Translations under genes and position numbers: made by a program
Shown here: one piece after another, positions 63,345 through 64,000 of the stretch
How positions within the stretch are numbered: position 1 is the first letter of the stretch
Layout: each line of letters begins with the position of its first letter
From: Macrostomum lignano
Lineage: Eukaryota
Reading direction: 5' to 3'
Length of the DNA stretch: 64,000 nucleotides
Assembly (NCBI GenBank): GCA_002269645.1
Contig: NIVC01001115.1
Coordinates: forward strand, 63,403 to 127,402
Notes under the pieces: generated by a model
Seen by the model: only the letters and a program-made list of their open reading frames with translations
Told to the model about the DNA's origin: nothing
Database searches by the model: none

Positions 63345-64000
63345 AGCAATCTAGTGCGGCCCCCCTTCGGGGCGCCCAATAATAACGAAGCAAAAATAGT
63401 TTATGGAAATCAATTAAAAAGCACATTTTCTTAAAAACGAAGTCCTTCATCACTTTTAAAAATCACCTTATTCATTTAAAATTGTCACGGACAATGATAT
63501 TTGCTATGAATCTCTTTTTTTCTAAAATTAACAAACAGACAAGAAAATATAGCTTTCACAAAGATCACAGTCATTACCCCTAAATAGAAAATATTCCCAA
63601 GACAGCAAGCATCCCCCCAGTAGCAAGCACCCGCCTCCAAAAGTAAACAACCGCAGATAGCAAGCATCCACCCAGATAGCAAGCATCTGCAGATAGCAAG
63701 CATCTTGCAGATAGCAAGCATCTTGCAGATAGCAAGCATCCCCCAAATAGAAGCATCCCCCGGATAAAAGCATCCACCCAGATAGCAAGCATCCCCCAAA
63801 TAATGTAGAAGCTTCCTTCCAGATAGCAAGCATCCCCAAAATAATGTAGAAGCATCCTTCCAGATAGCAAGCATCCCCAAAATAATGTAGAAGCATCCTT
63901 CCAGATAGCAAGCATCCCCCAAATAATGTAGAAGCATCCTTCCAGATAGCAAGCATCCTGCACATAGCAAGAATCCCTAAATAGCAAGCATCCCTGGATA
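63345..64000 (-). mobile_element. 3' end of another element-3-type Helitron, running off the window
   Basis: Closely matches 38325-38895, including the hairpin and the TAGCAAGCATCC repeats. Confidence 0.8.

Overview
Eukaryotic (metazoan) genomic DNA with GC-rich exons, GT-AG introns and abundant minisatellites. The style resembles a repeat-rich invertebrate such as a flatworm, but the species cannot be fixed from sequence alone. The left half (1-36 kb) holds host genes: two tandem intronless phospholipid scramblases, two tandem CUB + C-type-lectin receptor genes with an 'empty' third copy between them, a neprilysin (M13) gene split by a 4.4-kb DNA transposon with a target-site duplication, a fatty-acid-hydroxylase (FAXDC2-like) gene head-to-head with an atypical Rho GTPase, and a KCMF1-like gene. 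MITEs, a SINE-like repeat and many minisatellites lie among them. The right half (38.3-64 kb) is dominated by a minus-strand chain of Helitrons joined head-to-tail at CTAG|TC junctions. The chain includes one ~9.9-kb element encoding a 9-exon STPR-repeat/OTU/HUH-Rep/Pif1-helicase protein and non-autonomous relatives. Those relatives carry different internal satellites, one expanded to ~7 kb, each downstream of a tRNA-like cassette. All coordinates and splice sites were derived by hand and should be checked computationally.
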